Positions 1 to 12,637 of a stretch of DNA of 64,000 nt are shown in pieces. This DNA is from Octopus sinensis (lineage: Eukaryota), in assembly GCF_006345805.1 (NCBI RefSeq), contig NC_043011.1:20348464-20412463 (forward strand). The letters are read 5' to 3'. A program made the translations under genes and the position numbers. A model generated the notes under the pieces. The model did not search any database, had not been told where the DNA came from, and worked only from the letters and a program-made list of their open reading frames with translations. Numbering within the stretch: position 1 is the first letter of the stretch; the number at the start of each line of letters is the position of its first letter.

Positions 1-369
1 ACATACATACATAGACAAACGTAAGTAGCCTGCTGTTAAGTCAGTAAGAATAAAGAACTCAGAAAGCTAGGTCTGTGTGCCTCTGTGCTTAGTGATATCT
101 AAGCTTAGCTACAACTCTGGGCCTCTCTTCAATTTTTCCGTCATGATTTGAGGCATCCGGTGAGCAATGCGTTGTACATAGGTTTCAGGGAGTGCTTCAA
201 ATGTATAAATATTGTATCACGGCCTGATTTTGAGTGTGACATCCTGTTGTGTGGATACCCTCAGACGATGAAGTAGGCTAGCCCAATACGTAGACATAGA
301 GGGAGAAGTCTAGATGCCAAATTGAGTAGAGGACATCCGAACGTGCGACATAATATTGGCGACGAGGAT
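1..369 (+). mobile_element. Possible 3' part of an LTR followed by a primer-binding site (tRNA-Ser(GCT)-like)
   Basis: ...GTGCGACA ends at 350, followed by TGGCGACGAGGAT at 357-369, the complement of the tRNA-Ser(GCT) 3' end ATCCTCGTCGCCA. AATAAA near 50. No gag ORF or second LTR is visible. Confidence 0.35.
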
Positions 370-717
370 TTCGTAGCTCACCCAGCCACTGTGTAGTATT
401 GCGACATAACACATCCTCACAAATTTACAAGGCAAATCATATTGACGTCTTTCCGCTTGCCGATAGGAAATGCGACCTACTTCGGTATTTGTATTTCTGC
501 ATCTGTTATATTTGTTTCTGTTGGTACCATTGATTTAGACTGATCGCATGTGGGAAGGTCTTCCGAGTAGGGAATTTATTTTTAGTACCTAATTGTAACT
601 GATCTTTGACATTCAGCATTATTATCTTTATCATTATTGCCATTAATATTAATATCAATTTTTTCGTTTTGGATTTGGTTTGCAAGATTCTTTATATGAG
701 TTCGTGTGTTGAAGCAT

Positions 718-989
718 ATTCTGTTGTGTCTGAGGAGAGTCATTTTCTTTTCGAGCCTTATAATTTAACACACTCACCGGTAAAATTTCCACTTATTTCT
801 TATTTTTATTTTCCAAATATTTTCGTTGCGTCTTGCAACCTTTTCAATAGTCTTGACTCTGGAAAATGTTGCAAGACGCAACGAAAATTTTAGGAAAATA
901 AAAATAAGAAATAAGTGGAAATTTTACCGTTGAGTGTGTTACATTATAAGACACAAAAAGAAAATTACTCTCCCCAGACACAACAGAAT
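718..989. mobile_element. ~270-bp fold-back (long inverted repeat) element with hammerhead-like motifs at the apex
   Basis: 718-845 is the near-perfect reverse complement of 862-989 (e.g. TTCGTTGCGTCTTGCAAC / GTTGCAAGACGCAACGAA; CTTATAAT / ATTATAAG). Confidence 0.8.
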
Positions 990-1029
990 TAATATTAACT
1001 TAAATAGCATTATTATCATTAATATTAAG

Positions 1030-1420
1030 GTGCTGAGCTGGCAGAACCGTTAGCACGCCGGGCGAAATGCTTAGCTGTATTTCGTTTGTCTTCACCTTCT
1101 GAGATCAAATTGCCTTTCATCCTTTCGGAGTCGATAAATTAAGTACCAGTGAAACACTGGGGCCGATGTCATCGGCTAGTCCCCTCCCACTAAATTTCAG
1201 GGCTTGTGCCTTTAGTAGAAAAAACTATTATCATTAATATTATTTGTGTATATAAGGGTATTTCATCTGTCTTCATGTTCTGCGTTTAAATTTCGCCGAG
1301 GCCGACTTTGCCTTTCATCCTTTCAGGGTCGATAAAATAAGTACCAGCTGAGAACTGGGGTGGATGTAATCGACTTACTTCTTCCCTCAAAATTGTTGGT
1401 CTTGTGCTAAAATTTGAAAC
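1030..1420 (+). mobile_element. Two decayed copies of SINE family B (tRNA head + Meta-like domain)
   Basis: GAGCTGGCAGAACCGTTAGCACGCC head and TTGCCTTTCATCCTTTCGGAGTCGATAAATTAAGTACCAG body, shared with many copies in the window. Confidence 0.8.
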
Positions 1421-1464
1421 CATGATTTTTATTGATTACTGAAAGATTTGATAAGCAATTCAAG

Positions 1465-1675
1465 CAAGGGTTTGATACACCTCAATTTTGCAAAAGCTTT
1501 CGATAACATTGACCGTGGAATAAAATATCCCAAACTATGCTTCTTGAAAATAGTTGAAAAGCTAGGAAATTGGCGGAACAACCTTTTTAAAGTCAAACAG
1601 TTGCAGCCAATGGAAACCTTCCAGGGGGAACATTTCTAAATGGAGTCTCATAGAAAACTACCTTGGGGTTATTTC
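1465..1675 (+). pseudogene. Decayed CR1-type LINE reverse transcriptase fragment
   Basis: LIHLNFAKAFDNIDRGI resembles the RT motif VIYLDFAKAFDKVDHGI. Frameshifted and stopped downstream. Confidence 0.65.
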
Positions 1676-2084
1676 CTATACCCCTGGATTTTGTCAAAGT
1701 CCTCAGCCTCCCCGTCTCGAGTTTGATCTAGATATTACCATAACTTAAAGCGAAAAAAGCCCGTAAATCTTCGATATCTCGCCGTAAGTTTAAGAGAACT
1801 ACAAGGAATGGTTTTAAATGCCACAAAGAAATACGGTCACTTTCTACTATGTGAGAGTGTATCTGAGCCTACATCAAGATTAGAAACACAAATTATGGCT
1901 GCGGTAACAAACTTCTTCATTCACCTGAAGCCAACTGCAGAAGAAGAGATGCAGAAACAGCAGTAAAAGTAGTAGCGACGATGGCTTAAATTGGCTGCAG
2001 TATATGGAATGGAATTAGGCAAAGAGTAAGGAGAGAGTGCACGTCTGCGTGAACGTGTGTTGTGCGAGTGTATATGCATATACA

Positions 2085-2149
2085 TATAATATATATTATA
2101 TATATATATATATATAATATATAGTATATATATATATATATAATATATA

Positions 2150-2183
<34 letters not shown>

Positions 2184-2331
2184 TATAGATATATATATTA
2201 TATATATATATATATAATATAGTATATATATATATATATATAGTATATATATATTATATATATATATATAGTATATAGTATATATATATATATAAGTAAT
2301 AGTATATATATATATATATTATATATATATA

Positions 2332-2369
<38 letters not shown>

Positions 2370-2420
2370 TATATTATATATATGTATATAGTATATAATA
2401 TATTATATATATAGATATAT
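2085..2420. repeat. (AT)n microsatellite
   Basis: Direct inspection. Confidence 0.95.
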
Positions 2421-3211
2421 GTATGTATGTATTTATGTATAGAACAAATAAATGTATATATTTATGTATGCATATGTTTGCTATGCGTATGTATTTTGTG
2501 CTCGTGTCTGTGTGTGTGGGGGGAGGTATACGACTCACCATATGAACCTTACCTTTCACCTTTACATACCCATTATTAATGGACTAGACGTTTCTAAACT
2601 TCCTATTTTATTTTTATAACGTTTTTTTTTTTTTTTTTTTTAGGTTTTATTCAGTTATAGCACAGATCGATAGATAATGGCCAGGAGAAATTAACAAGCT
2701 ATTTTCTTTGCCAGAAATTTCTTAGTCACCCAAATAATGATATTAGTCTGCTGCTTATTTTCATCGTTCTATATTCTACCGATTGGCAAGTTGCTTATGT
2801 TGACTCAACGCTGATCTAGTTTTAACCGGTGAAGCTGCCTCAAAAACATTAAATTATGAAGGCAAGCACACACACACACTCACAAATGACGTGCTTCTGA
2901 ATAGTTTTCTTTCAAACAAGTTCTATTAATGAACCTGGTGCTATGTAAAGCACAAATATGCAAACTAAATTACCTACTACGGTAATAGGTTAATTCTTGG
3001 CTGTTTTTTATATAGTTGAACATTTCATAGTATAGGACTGAGGATGGAAATCGAGTACATCATCTCTAAGGGATGGACAACTAATAACATACGGTTTGAC
3101 AAGACTGTCACTCATTCTTTTCCTACATCAAATTCGGTGAACATTCTTATTATCGCATTCTTATTGTATCAAAAGCAACGAGCATTCTTATTATCGCAGC
3201 CAGCTCAAAAA

Positions 3212-3597
3212 GGCGGCGAGCTGGCAGAAACGTTAGCACGCCGGGCGAAATGCGTATCCGTATTTCGTTCTGAGTTCAAATTCCGCCGAGGTCGACTTTG
3301 CCTTTCATCCTTTCGGGGTCGATAAATTAAGTACCAGTTACGCACTGGGGTCGATAAACTCGACTGAATCCGTTTGTCTGTCCTTGTTTGTCCTCTCTGT
3401 TTTTAGCCCCCTTGTGGGCAGTAAAGAAATAGGTATTTCCTCTGTCTTTACGTTCTGAGTTCAAATTCCGCTGAGGTCGACTTTGTCTTTCATCCTTTCG
3501 GGGTCGATAAATTAAGTACCAGTTGCGTACTGGGATCGATCTAATCGACTGGCCCCTTTCCCAAAAAATTTCGGGCCTTGTGCCTAGAGTAGAAAAT
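3212..3597 (+). mobile_element. SINE family B tandem dimer (full copy plus head-less second body)
   Basis: GGCGGCGAGCTGGCAG head; two copies of GAGGTCGACTTTG..CATCCTTTCGGGGTCGATAAATTAAGTACCAG; junction AAATAGG|TATTTC near 3430. Confidence 0.9.
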
Positions 3598-3699
3598 AAC
3601 ATACGGTTTGGCAGGACTGTCGTTCATTCTTTTCCTACCTCAAATTCAGTGAACACTCTTATTACCACATTCTTATTATATCAAAAGCAGTGAACATTC

Positions 3700-3917
3700 T
3701 TAACATATGGCCATCTAACTCCTCAGACTGTAACTCCCTTGCTTATTATGTGTGGAGCGCAGTTGAGCGAGAGACCAATAAAACTCCTTGTAACACCAAA
3801 AATGAACTGAAGGCAGCATTTACCAACTTAAACAAGGAGACCGTCGAGAAGAGTTGCAGGCGATTCCGAAGTCGTCTGGAGGCCGTGGTTGAAGCCAATG
3901 GCAATTTTATTGAATAA
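3700..3917 (+). pseudogene. C-terminal fragment of a Tc1/mariner (maT/DD37D-like) transposase
   Basis: WPSNSSDCNSLAYYVWSAVERETNKTPCNTKNELK...RRFRSRLEAVVEANGNFIE* matches the WPPNSPDxNPLDYxVW...RLEAVVEANG.FIE pattern. Confidence 0.75.
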
Positions 3918-3943
3918 ATTTACTCTTTAGTATTTCAAGATAT

Positions 3944-3947
<4 letters not shown>

Positions 3948-4010
<63 letters not shown>

Positions 4011-4015
4011 GAGAG

Positions 4016-4086
<71 letters not shown>

Positions 4087-4117
4087 TATATAGATAGATA
4101 GATAGATAGATAGATAT
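3948..4117. repeat. Compound (AT)n-(AG)n-(GATA)n microsatellite
   Basis: Direct inspection. Confidence 0.95.
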
Positions 4118-4283
4118 AGGCGTAGGAGTGGCTGTGTGGTAAGTAGCTTGCTTATCCACCACATGGTTCTGGGTTTAGTCCCACTGCGTAGCACCTTGGT
4201 CAAGTGTCTTCTACTCTAGCGTGGGGCTGACCAAAGCCTTGTGAGTGGATTTGGTAGACGAAAACTGAGAGAAGCCCGTCGTA

Positions 4284-4316
<33 letters not shown>

Positions 4317-4548
4317 TGTGTGTGTGTGTGTGTGTGTATTTGTTATTTGTGTCTGTGTTTGTACATCCACCATAGCTTGATAACCGATGTCGGTGTGTTT
4401 ACAGTCCCGTAACTTAGCTGTTCGGCAAAAGAGATCGATAGAATAACTACTAGGTTTATAAAGAATAAGTCCTGGGTTCGATTTGTTCGAATAAAGGCGG
4501 TGCTGCAGCATGGCTGCAGTGAAAATAACTGAAACAAGTAAAAGAATA
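4118..4548 (+). mobile_element. SINE family A (tRNA head, CORE-like segment, internal microsatellite, CR1-like tail)
   Basis: GGCGTAGGAGTGGCTGTGTGGTAAGTAGC head, CCTTGGTCAAGTGTCTTC, internal (GT)n, tail GGCGGTGCTGCAGCATGGC..CTGAAACAAGTAAAAGA. Confidence 0.9.
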
Positions 4549-4904
4549 ACAGAATAGAAGAGATATCGATGAATATGATGCTTTAAAATATCTACTGGGC
4601 TGGATATGGTTGATTAAAAAACCATTCGAAGTGATGCTCCAGCATGGCCACGGTCCAATCCTAAACCAACATAAAGAATAAAAGACTAAAAGTAATATGC
4701 ATGTGTGTGAGTGTGTGCGCGTGGCGTGTGTGTGAGTGTGTATGTGGGGTGCGTGTGTGGTTGCAAGTATAGGCATGTCTCGATAACTTTTAGTTACTTA
4801 AATGTACAACATAACAAAAATTATAAACAGAAAGCTCTTTTCTTTCAGAGTGCTTCGCTTAAACAACAACACTATATAAATGTTTTGTATGTGCATGTAT
4901 GTAT

Positions 4905-4938
4905 GTTTATATGTGTGTGTATATATATATACAAATAT

Positions 4939-4994
<56 letters not shown>

Positions 4995-5096
4995 ACATAT
5001 ATATATATACATATATATCATATATATATATATCATATATATATATATATATATATATAGATATATATATATATTATATTATATTATATATATATA

Positions 5097-5174
<78 letters not shown>

Positions 5175-5290
5175 CATATAATATATATAATATATATATA
5201 TAATATATATATAATATATATATATGATTTATATATATATTATATATAATATAATATATATATATATTATATATATATATATATGATTTA
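4905..5290. repeat. (AT)n microsatellite
   Basis: Direct inspection. Confidence 0.95.
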
Positions 5291-6336
5291 TATGTGTTTG
5301 TGTATGATTGATTTAGATAGAGATAGATAGGGAGAGAGATAAATAGAATGTATGTATATGCATTTGTACCTGTGTGTATAAATGTATGTATATGTATATA
5401 CACACATGTTCGTATATATATACATATACATGTATGCATACATTTATACAATGATATGAACATATACATATATCATACAATTACACAGACATATAATAAT
5501 TGTGGTGTTGTGTGTGTGTGTGTGTGTGTGTGCGTGTATGTGTCTGTGTGTGCGTGTGAGGGAAAGAGTGAGAGAGAGTAGGTGCGTGTGTATGTGTGTG
5601 TATGTTTTGTACTCCTAGATACACGAGCTACAGTAAGAATGAACTTTCAACTTTCACCTTTATATTCCCATTACTAATGGACCAGACATTTTAAAATTTT
5701 TGTTTTAGTTTTTATTAGTATAATTTTTTTTCCTTTTTCTTTAATTTTTTTGGTGTTTTCGAACAGACGTTAGTTGTGATTGATCGATAATGGCCAAGAG
5801 GAATTCACGGGATATATTCTTTACCAGAAACTTCAAACAAGCCAAGCCAAGAACTCGTCTTTAGTGACGTGGCTGTGCTGATGATACAAAAAAAAATAAG
5901 ACAATAGCTATAAAGAAATATATAGTGGTTACAAAACCTTATTTTCTATTATAAGAAGCAACCTGAGACAGAAAAAAAATTAACAGGCCTACCGGCGTAA
6001 CCCGAACCACATCTCTATTATTTGTTGGGTAATAAATACACGATAAAATCCTGGTGTCTTTTACATTAAAATACTAGCAATTTAGTTCATATCGTATTTT
6101 GTGGCACGCAAGTCGATTTTTTCCGACCAAAATGTACACTCAAAAACAAAAGGTCTGACGATTTATATAGATACGCCAAAACGACCTCGGCGAATCAATA
6201 TTTCTAAGTGAAAAGCATCAGGATTTGAACACTCTGGCAATGTTTTAATGTATGCAGTACGTGTTTACATTGCATACTACGTCGAATTTCAGCTTCTTTC
6301 GAAATTTGAAAAACATTTTTATACAGTTTTTATACA

Positions 6337-6720
6337 GGCGCAGGAGTGGCTGTGTGGTAAGTAGCTTGCTTACCAACTACATCGTTCTGGGTTCATTCCC
6401 ACTGCGTGGCACCTTGGGCAAGTGTCTTCTACTATAGCCTCGGGCCAACCAAAGCCTTGTGAGTGGATTTGGGAGACGGAAACTGAAAGAAGCCCGTCGT
6501 ATATATGTATATATATGTGTATGTTTGTGTGTCTGTGTTTGTTCCCACAACATTGCTTGGTAACCGATGCTGGTGTATTTACGTCCCTGTAACTTAGCGG
6601 TTCGGCAAAAAAGACCGATAGAATAAGTACTAGTTTTCCAAAGAATAAGTCCGTGGTCGAGTTGCTCGACTAAAGGCGGTGCTCCAGCATGGTTCCGATC
6701 AAATGACTGAAACAATTAAA
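6337..6720 (+). mobile_element. SINE family A, full length
   Basis: Same head, body and tail as 4118-4548. Confidence 0.9.
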
Positions 6721-7237
6721 ATAGTAAATAGTAAAATAGTAGTTAATGGCGGTGGCCCAGCACAGTCATTGGACTGAAAGAAATAAAAGAATAAAAGAAT
6801 TTGTTGTTCTTTTGACTGCAGCCATATTCGGTTACTACCTTCAAGAATTTGGTTTCGGTCGGTTATATCGAATCCAGGACGCTTAGTTAGATATTTATTT
6901 TATCAGATGTCTGATTTCGAGATTTGATAATATCTTATAAAGACTTTCCTATTGAAGGACTGTGACTCTCAATACATAAATAATTTGTCTACTATAAGCA
7001 AACGCCCCGAAATTTTGTGGGAGAGGTCTAGTTGATTGCATTGACTTCAACGCTCAGTTGGTACTTATTGAACTGAGAAGGAAAAGATGGAAGAAATGCC
7101 ACTAAGCACTTAGTCTGGCGCACTGAAGATTCTGCCGGAATGGTGCCTTTCAATATGTAAATATCGGAAAGTAATTCCTGTCGATACACCCATTTATGTT
7201 GCTACATACTAACATGTATCTGTCAGGGAATACGTTT

Positions 7238-7304
<67 letters not shown>

Positions 7305-7318
7305 GACAGATCTAAAAT

Positions 7319-7746
7319 GGATCTTTTCGGTTTGAACGGCAGTTTTTTCTAGCGGTGTCATATGAAATTGTCACACATAATTATGACCCTAGTACCGATC
7401 TATTGTATTTCAATCTCTTTTAGGGTTAGTTAGAGTTTGGGTTAGGGGTGAGGGGAAGGGTATCTTTTTTTCTTCACAAATGTAAATAAACCCAATCTGT
7501 TTCTTAAACGAGGTACATATTCATACGGCACAGAATGTCTTCACCTCAAATAGACGTCATTGATTGGTTGAAATTGCAGAAATTGAAGAAAAAAAACAAC
7601 AAATATCTTACAAACTATAGAATTTTCTCAATAAAGCCAAGAGAAAAAGATGTTTTATAAACATATTCTACCAGTATACGAAGTTTAAAAGTGTTTAGTT
7701 ACGTGGAAATTATTTTTAAAAACTGCCGGTCAAACCGAAAAGATCC
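7319..7746 (+). mobile_element. Merlin-like MITE copy 1 (GGATCTTTTCGGTTTGAACGGCAG TIRs)
   Basis: ~29-bp TIRs GGATCTTTTCGGTTTGAACGGCAGTTTTT / AAAAACTGCCGGTCAAACCGAAAAGATCC; same internal sequence as three other copies. TSD not clear for this copy. Confidence 0.85.
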
Positions 7747-7767
7747 CTACGTTTGTGTATGTATATC

Positions 7768-7803
<36 letters not shown>

Positions 7804-7988
7804 CACAAATCTAAAATATGAATTCTTGGTTCTTTGTGGTTTCATATTCATCACCAACCATCAACAAGTTCAAAGAAAGATTTTCAAAACTTCTCAAATC
7901 CTCGGAACGAAATCATGGCTCGCACTTTATCACTTTCAAAAGCCTTCTGGCTATTTGAATTATTTTTTGACAAAATATAATAAAATGT

Positions 7989-8527
7989 GTGGAGGCACAT
8001 GGCCTAGTGGTTAGAGCAGCGGTCGAGGGATCGCGTGTTCGAATCTCAGACTGGGCGATGTGTGTGTTTATGAGCGAAACACCTAAGCTCCACGCGGCTC
8101 CGGCAGAAGATGATGGCGAACTTCTGCAGACTCTTTCGCCACAACTTTCTCTCATTCTTTCTTCTTGCAGCTCACCTGCGACGGCCCGGCGTCCCGTCCA
8201 GGTGGGTAACCTATATTATTTCTTTACTACCCACAAGGGGCTAAACACAGAGAGGAAAAATAAGGACAGACAAACGGATTAAGTCGATTATATCGACCCC
8301 AGTGCGTAACTGGTACTTAATTTATCGACCCCGAAAGGATGAAAGGCAAAGTCAACCTCGGCGGAATTTGAACTCAGAACGTAACGGCAGACGAAATACG
8401 GCTACGCATTTCGCCCGGCGTGCTAACGTTTCTGCCAGCTCGCCGCCTCTCAGGTGGGTAACCTATACGCCAAGGAAACCGGGAAACCAGCCCTTATAAG
8501 CCAGGGATGGCTCGAGAAGGAACAAAC
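7989..8527 (+). mobile_element. SINE family D with a nested family B copy
   Basis: tRNA head TGGCCTAGTGGTTAGAGC..GTTCGAATC; TSD AATAAAATGT at 7979-7988 and 8528-8537. Confidence 0.9.
8216..8450 (-). mobile_element. SINE family B nested in family D
   Basis: 17-bp TSD CAGGTGGGTAACCTATA at 8199-8215 and 8451-8467. Confidence 0.92.
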
Positions 8528-10502
8528 AATAAAATGTAGCTAAGCATAGCTATCGAATGTGTGTGTGTGTGTATATATGTGTGTCTGTATGCGTGTATGG
8601 GGGAGGGGGGAAATGCAGTTATATGCGTGTGCTATATTAGCTACAGTATCTATTTACTCTTAAGAAACCACGATGCTCAGAAACGTCAACAGTTTGACTG
8701 TTATACCGACATCTGATGTTCGATTTCAACCGGCTGACTGCCATTCAACGTTGGATAATGGAAACAGTATTTATTTATTTATTTATTCATTTACTTATTT
8801 ATTTATTTCATACACCTGTTCGACAATTCTAATCAACTGATAAATAACCTTTTTGTAACCAGATCAGTCAGTTAGTCATTAGCTTTATTAAATTTTTGAA
8901 GATAAGAGAAAGAAGAGTTGTGAAATGTTTGGTTTTCATAAGTATATCGGTGATATAAATACAAAAGCAAGCGAAAAGAATCGAACACGGATTTCAGATA
9001 CAGTTCATTGAGAGCTCACTATCATTATTAGACCTCCCGACACAGTTTATAATACAACCTATTTAACACATATCTCACGACATATGATGCAACACACAGC
9101 CGCTATTTATGTCCACCATTCATAATTAACATTTGATATTAATTACTATTATTCACTGCAAAGATATCAGACAAAGATAAGACAATAGATAACCGATATT
9201 TTCTTAAGAATGTCTCTTCGCATCGTCTTTTCTTTGAAAGACAAAGACTTTTCCCCCTTCCAGGTACTTCAACAGCCGTAAGTGTCATTATAGCCGCTCA
9301 CAAGACGGAAAAATTGTTAAAGTGACTACTAACATGAGGAAGAGAGTGAGAAACTTACTGCGAGGCAGTTAATTATAATGCTTATAATCCAGTATTGATT
9401 GAAACTTCTTTTGTCCAAAGACCTTCAAGCAACTTACCAAGCCAATCTTACGGGAAATTGACCATTTCGTTATTTCGTCCAATACAAAGCATCCATCTCG
9501 TTTTTCATTTCCATAAACGTCTCTCAGCTTTATTTATCTTTCAGCGCACTTTTAATGCTTCTCTTATCTTCAAACGTATCCCTTGTAGCTTTAACTTTAT
9601 AACCTTACCACCTTTCTTTCTGTTTAATCTGCTCTGTGCTGATCTGAAACCTGAAAATCTCTGAAAAGTTTCCGATCCCGTTTTGCTCTTGATAATTAGA
9701 TTGTGAAGATAAAGACTTACAGTATTCACACTGCTGGCGTTGTTGTCATTGTTGTTTAAATCATTTGTCTTCTATCTATATAATATACTTCTACCTGGTA
9801 TTATAGTATTAGCTTACGTAATATTTTTTTCCTGTTTATTTTTATATTCGATGCATTTGCATATGTGGCTTAACCCTTCTCTTACAATAACAAAGGTTCA
9901 TTTTCAAATGTTCGGTTATTGAGCGATATAAATAACGTTCAATATAGTCTATTGTAATTCTCTATGTCCCTTGGAATTGTTGTAGATTTAATAAAATAAT
10001 TTGCATATGGCGAATAAAGTTAGTGTTGCGTTATAATTCTGATATCTTTATGTAGAATTGTCACCTCGAGGATAGATTCACAATGATGTATTCACAGAGG
10101 GACACAATCACGAGAATATGTCCGTAAGATGTTGGTAGCATTATTGACTGATACGAAATTAACAGTGTTATTTGTTTCATTACATGTGTGAAATTCTAAA
10201 GATGGCCGGTCCGATAAGATGTCGGATATCTAGTAAAATATTCAAGTGTAACTAGTGCTGATCTGTCTTCAACCAATACATTCGGTGTGCCAAGGAATGG
10301 AGCTACTAATAGCTTACTCTGCTAAGAATAGCAGACAAATTTACCTCAAAATACACTCTACCATCTTAAAATAAATAAAGAGTATGTTGATCAATGAAGA
10401 CCCAGACATAAAAAAGGACAGGACGTAAAAGTTTGAGACTCCTTTCCTTATAGGTTTGCACCAACCTTTCAGCACCCCCTCGTATATATGTATACTCGTG
10501 TG

Positions 10503-10918
10503 GGATCTTTTCGGTTTGAACGGCAGTTTTTAACATAATTTCTAGGTAACTAAAAAATTTTAAACTTCGTATACTGGTAGAATGTGTTTATAAAACATCT
10601 TTTTCTCTTGGCTTTATTGAGAAAATTCTATAGTTTGTAAGATATTTGTTGTTTTTTTTCTTCAATTTCTGCAATTTCAACCAATCAGTGACGTCTATTG
10701 AGTTAAAAAGCATTCTGTGTCGTATGAATATGTCCCTCGTTTATGAAACAGATTGGGTTTATTTACATTTGTGAAGAAAAAAAGATACCCTTCCCCCATC
10801 CCTAACCCTAACCCTAATAGAGAATGAAATGCAATAGATCGATTCTAGGGTCATAATTATGGGTGACAATTTCATATGACACCGCTAGAAAAAACTGCCG
10901 TTCAAACCGAAAAGATCC
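10503..10918 (-). mobile_element. Merlin-like MITE copy 2
   Basis: TIRs as copy 1; 8-bp TSD CTCGTGTG (10495-10502) / CACGTGTG (10919-10926). Confidence 0.9.
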
Positions 10919-11267
10919 CACGTGTGTATACACATATATGGTGGGCATACACACATGTAAACATATATAATCTTATGCGTATAGCAATATTTATAGACTC
11001 GCATAATTTCTTGTACACATATACATATACATCCACCCACAGACAGGCATACATGTTCTGTTCTTCTTTTATTCTTTTACACGGTTCAGTCTTTTGACTG
11101 CGGCCATGCACATATTGTCAGCCACCTACATCGGTTGTCAAGCGATGGGGGGGGGGACAAACTCAGATACAAAGACGCACACACATAAATATATACATAT
11201 ATATATATACTTTAGTACATGTATATATATGTGTGTGTCTGTGTGCTGCATTTATATATATATATAT

Positions 11268-11470
11268 AGGGAGAGTTTACTAAAAAAACAAAAGACGAAG
11301 ACAGGTGGTGTACAAAACAAACAGATGTATTAGTATTACACTCAGGAATAGAAAAAGTTTTTTACGTTTCGAGCCTACGCTCTTCTACAGAAAGGGACAC
11401 AGAAAAAAACAAGGAGAGAAACAAGGAGAGAAAAAATGTGTGTAGTGGCTAACGATCTATCATGGCGTCG
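11268..11470 (-). mobile_element. (AT)n-anchored short element, family F, with a hammerhead-like motif at 11360-11394
   Basis: Homologous to 22503-22668 and 36101-36294; all end in ...CTCCC(T)A adjoining an (AT)n run. Confidence 0.75.
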
Positions 11471-12354
11471 CAAATTTTTATTGAAGTGTACACATACATA
11501 TGCACATACGCATATGTGTTGTGTATGTGTAATATATATGTGTATGATATATGTGTATATGTAATATATATGTGCATGATATACATATGCATGTATACAC
11601 ACACACACACTTAAATGTTTCTGTTCTGTATACATCGGTACAAAATCTATATTAAAATTTATAATAACCCGAGCACCTTTTACAAAATCAGTCGAAGATT
11701 GGCTTAGAAGCAAGCCTTTAACGCTAACCACAAACTTTGACCTAACTTTGACCTTCACTCTGATGCAATTTTAGCCTTTGACATTTATGTTTATAACCAT
11801 TCTTGTATCAACCCTAAAATGCATCAACCTTAACCTCTTACAGTAGAAAACCCATAATAAAAATTCTGAATAGGCCACAGAAAACTCTCAACTAACGCAA
11901 AATGTGACCTGAATGTGGCCTACATGTTACATGACCTGCTATATAAATTTAACCTTCAACATCTGGCTTTATGTTTGTGCCAACTAAATCCCAGCAATAA
12001 CAAGCATTAACCCTTCACATTAAATTTAAGCAACCAGTAGTGGCTGCAAGACGAACACAACTTTCTTATGTCAATCCAAAGATATTGTGTTCGCCATCCT
12101 TGTCTCCCTACAAACACACACGCTCTTTCGTTTTCCATCACTACTCTGTGCACAACTGTTTCTCCTTGTCCTCTGCAAATTCATTCATACCACATCTAAT
12201 TTTCATAAAGATCGCTACACCCGTCGAATGAACCTGCCCACCACTGAAAAAATATATATTTAAGACCTGCAAAAGAACAGACTCAGTTAGGCTGATGATG
12301 GCTCGTAAACCAAAACTTCAACGTCACTGTCAACGTTTTCTCTGCAAGTGTATT

Positions 12355-12596
12355 CTTTTGTTCTTTTATTCTTTTACTTGTTTCAGTCATTTGACTGCGG
12401 CCATACGGGAGCACCAGCTTTTGTCGAACAAATCGCCCCCCCGCCCCAGGACTTATTCTTTGTAAGCTTAATACTTATTCTAGCGGTCCCTTGGGCCGAA
12501 CCGCTAAGTTACGGGGACGTAAACACACCAAGACCGGTTGTCAAGCGATGGTGGGGGGACAAATACAGACACACACACAAACATATACATATACAT

Positions 12597-12637
<41 letters not shown>

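Noticed and set aside
7989-8050. tRNA-like A and B boxes at SINE heads
   Set aside because: They continue into SINE bodies with TSDs and lack complete cloverleaves; not tRNA genes.
9264-9277. Possible 14-nt microexon (polypyrimidine-CAG ... GTAAGT)
   Set aside because: Splice-like signals only, with no supporting neighbouring exons; needs RNA-seq.
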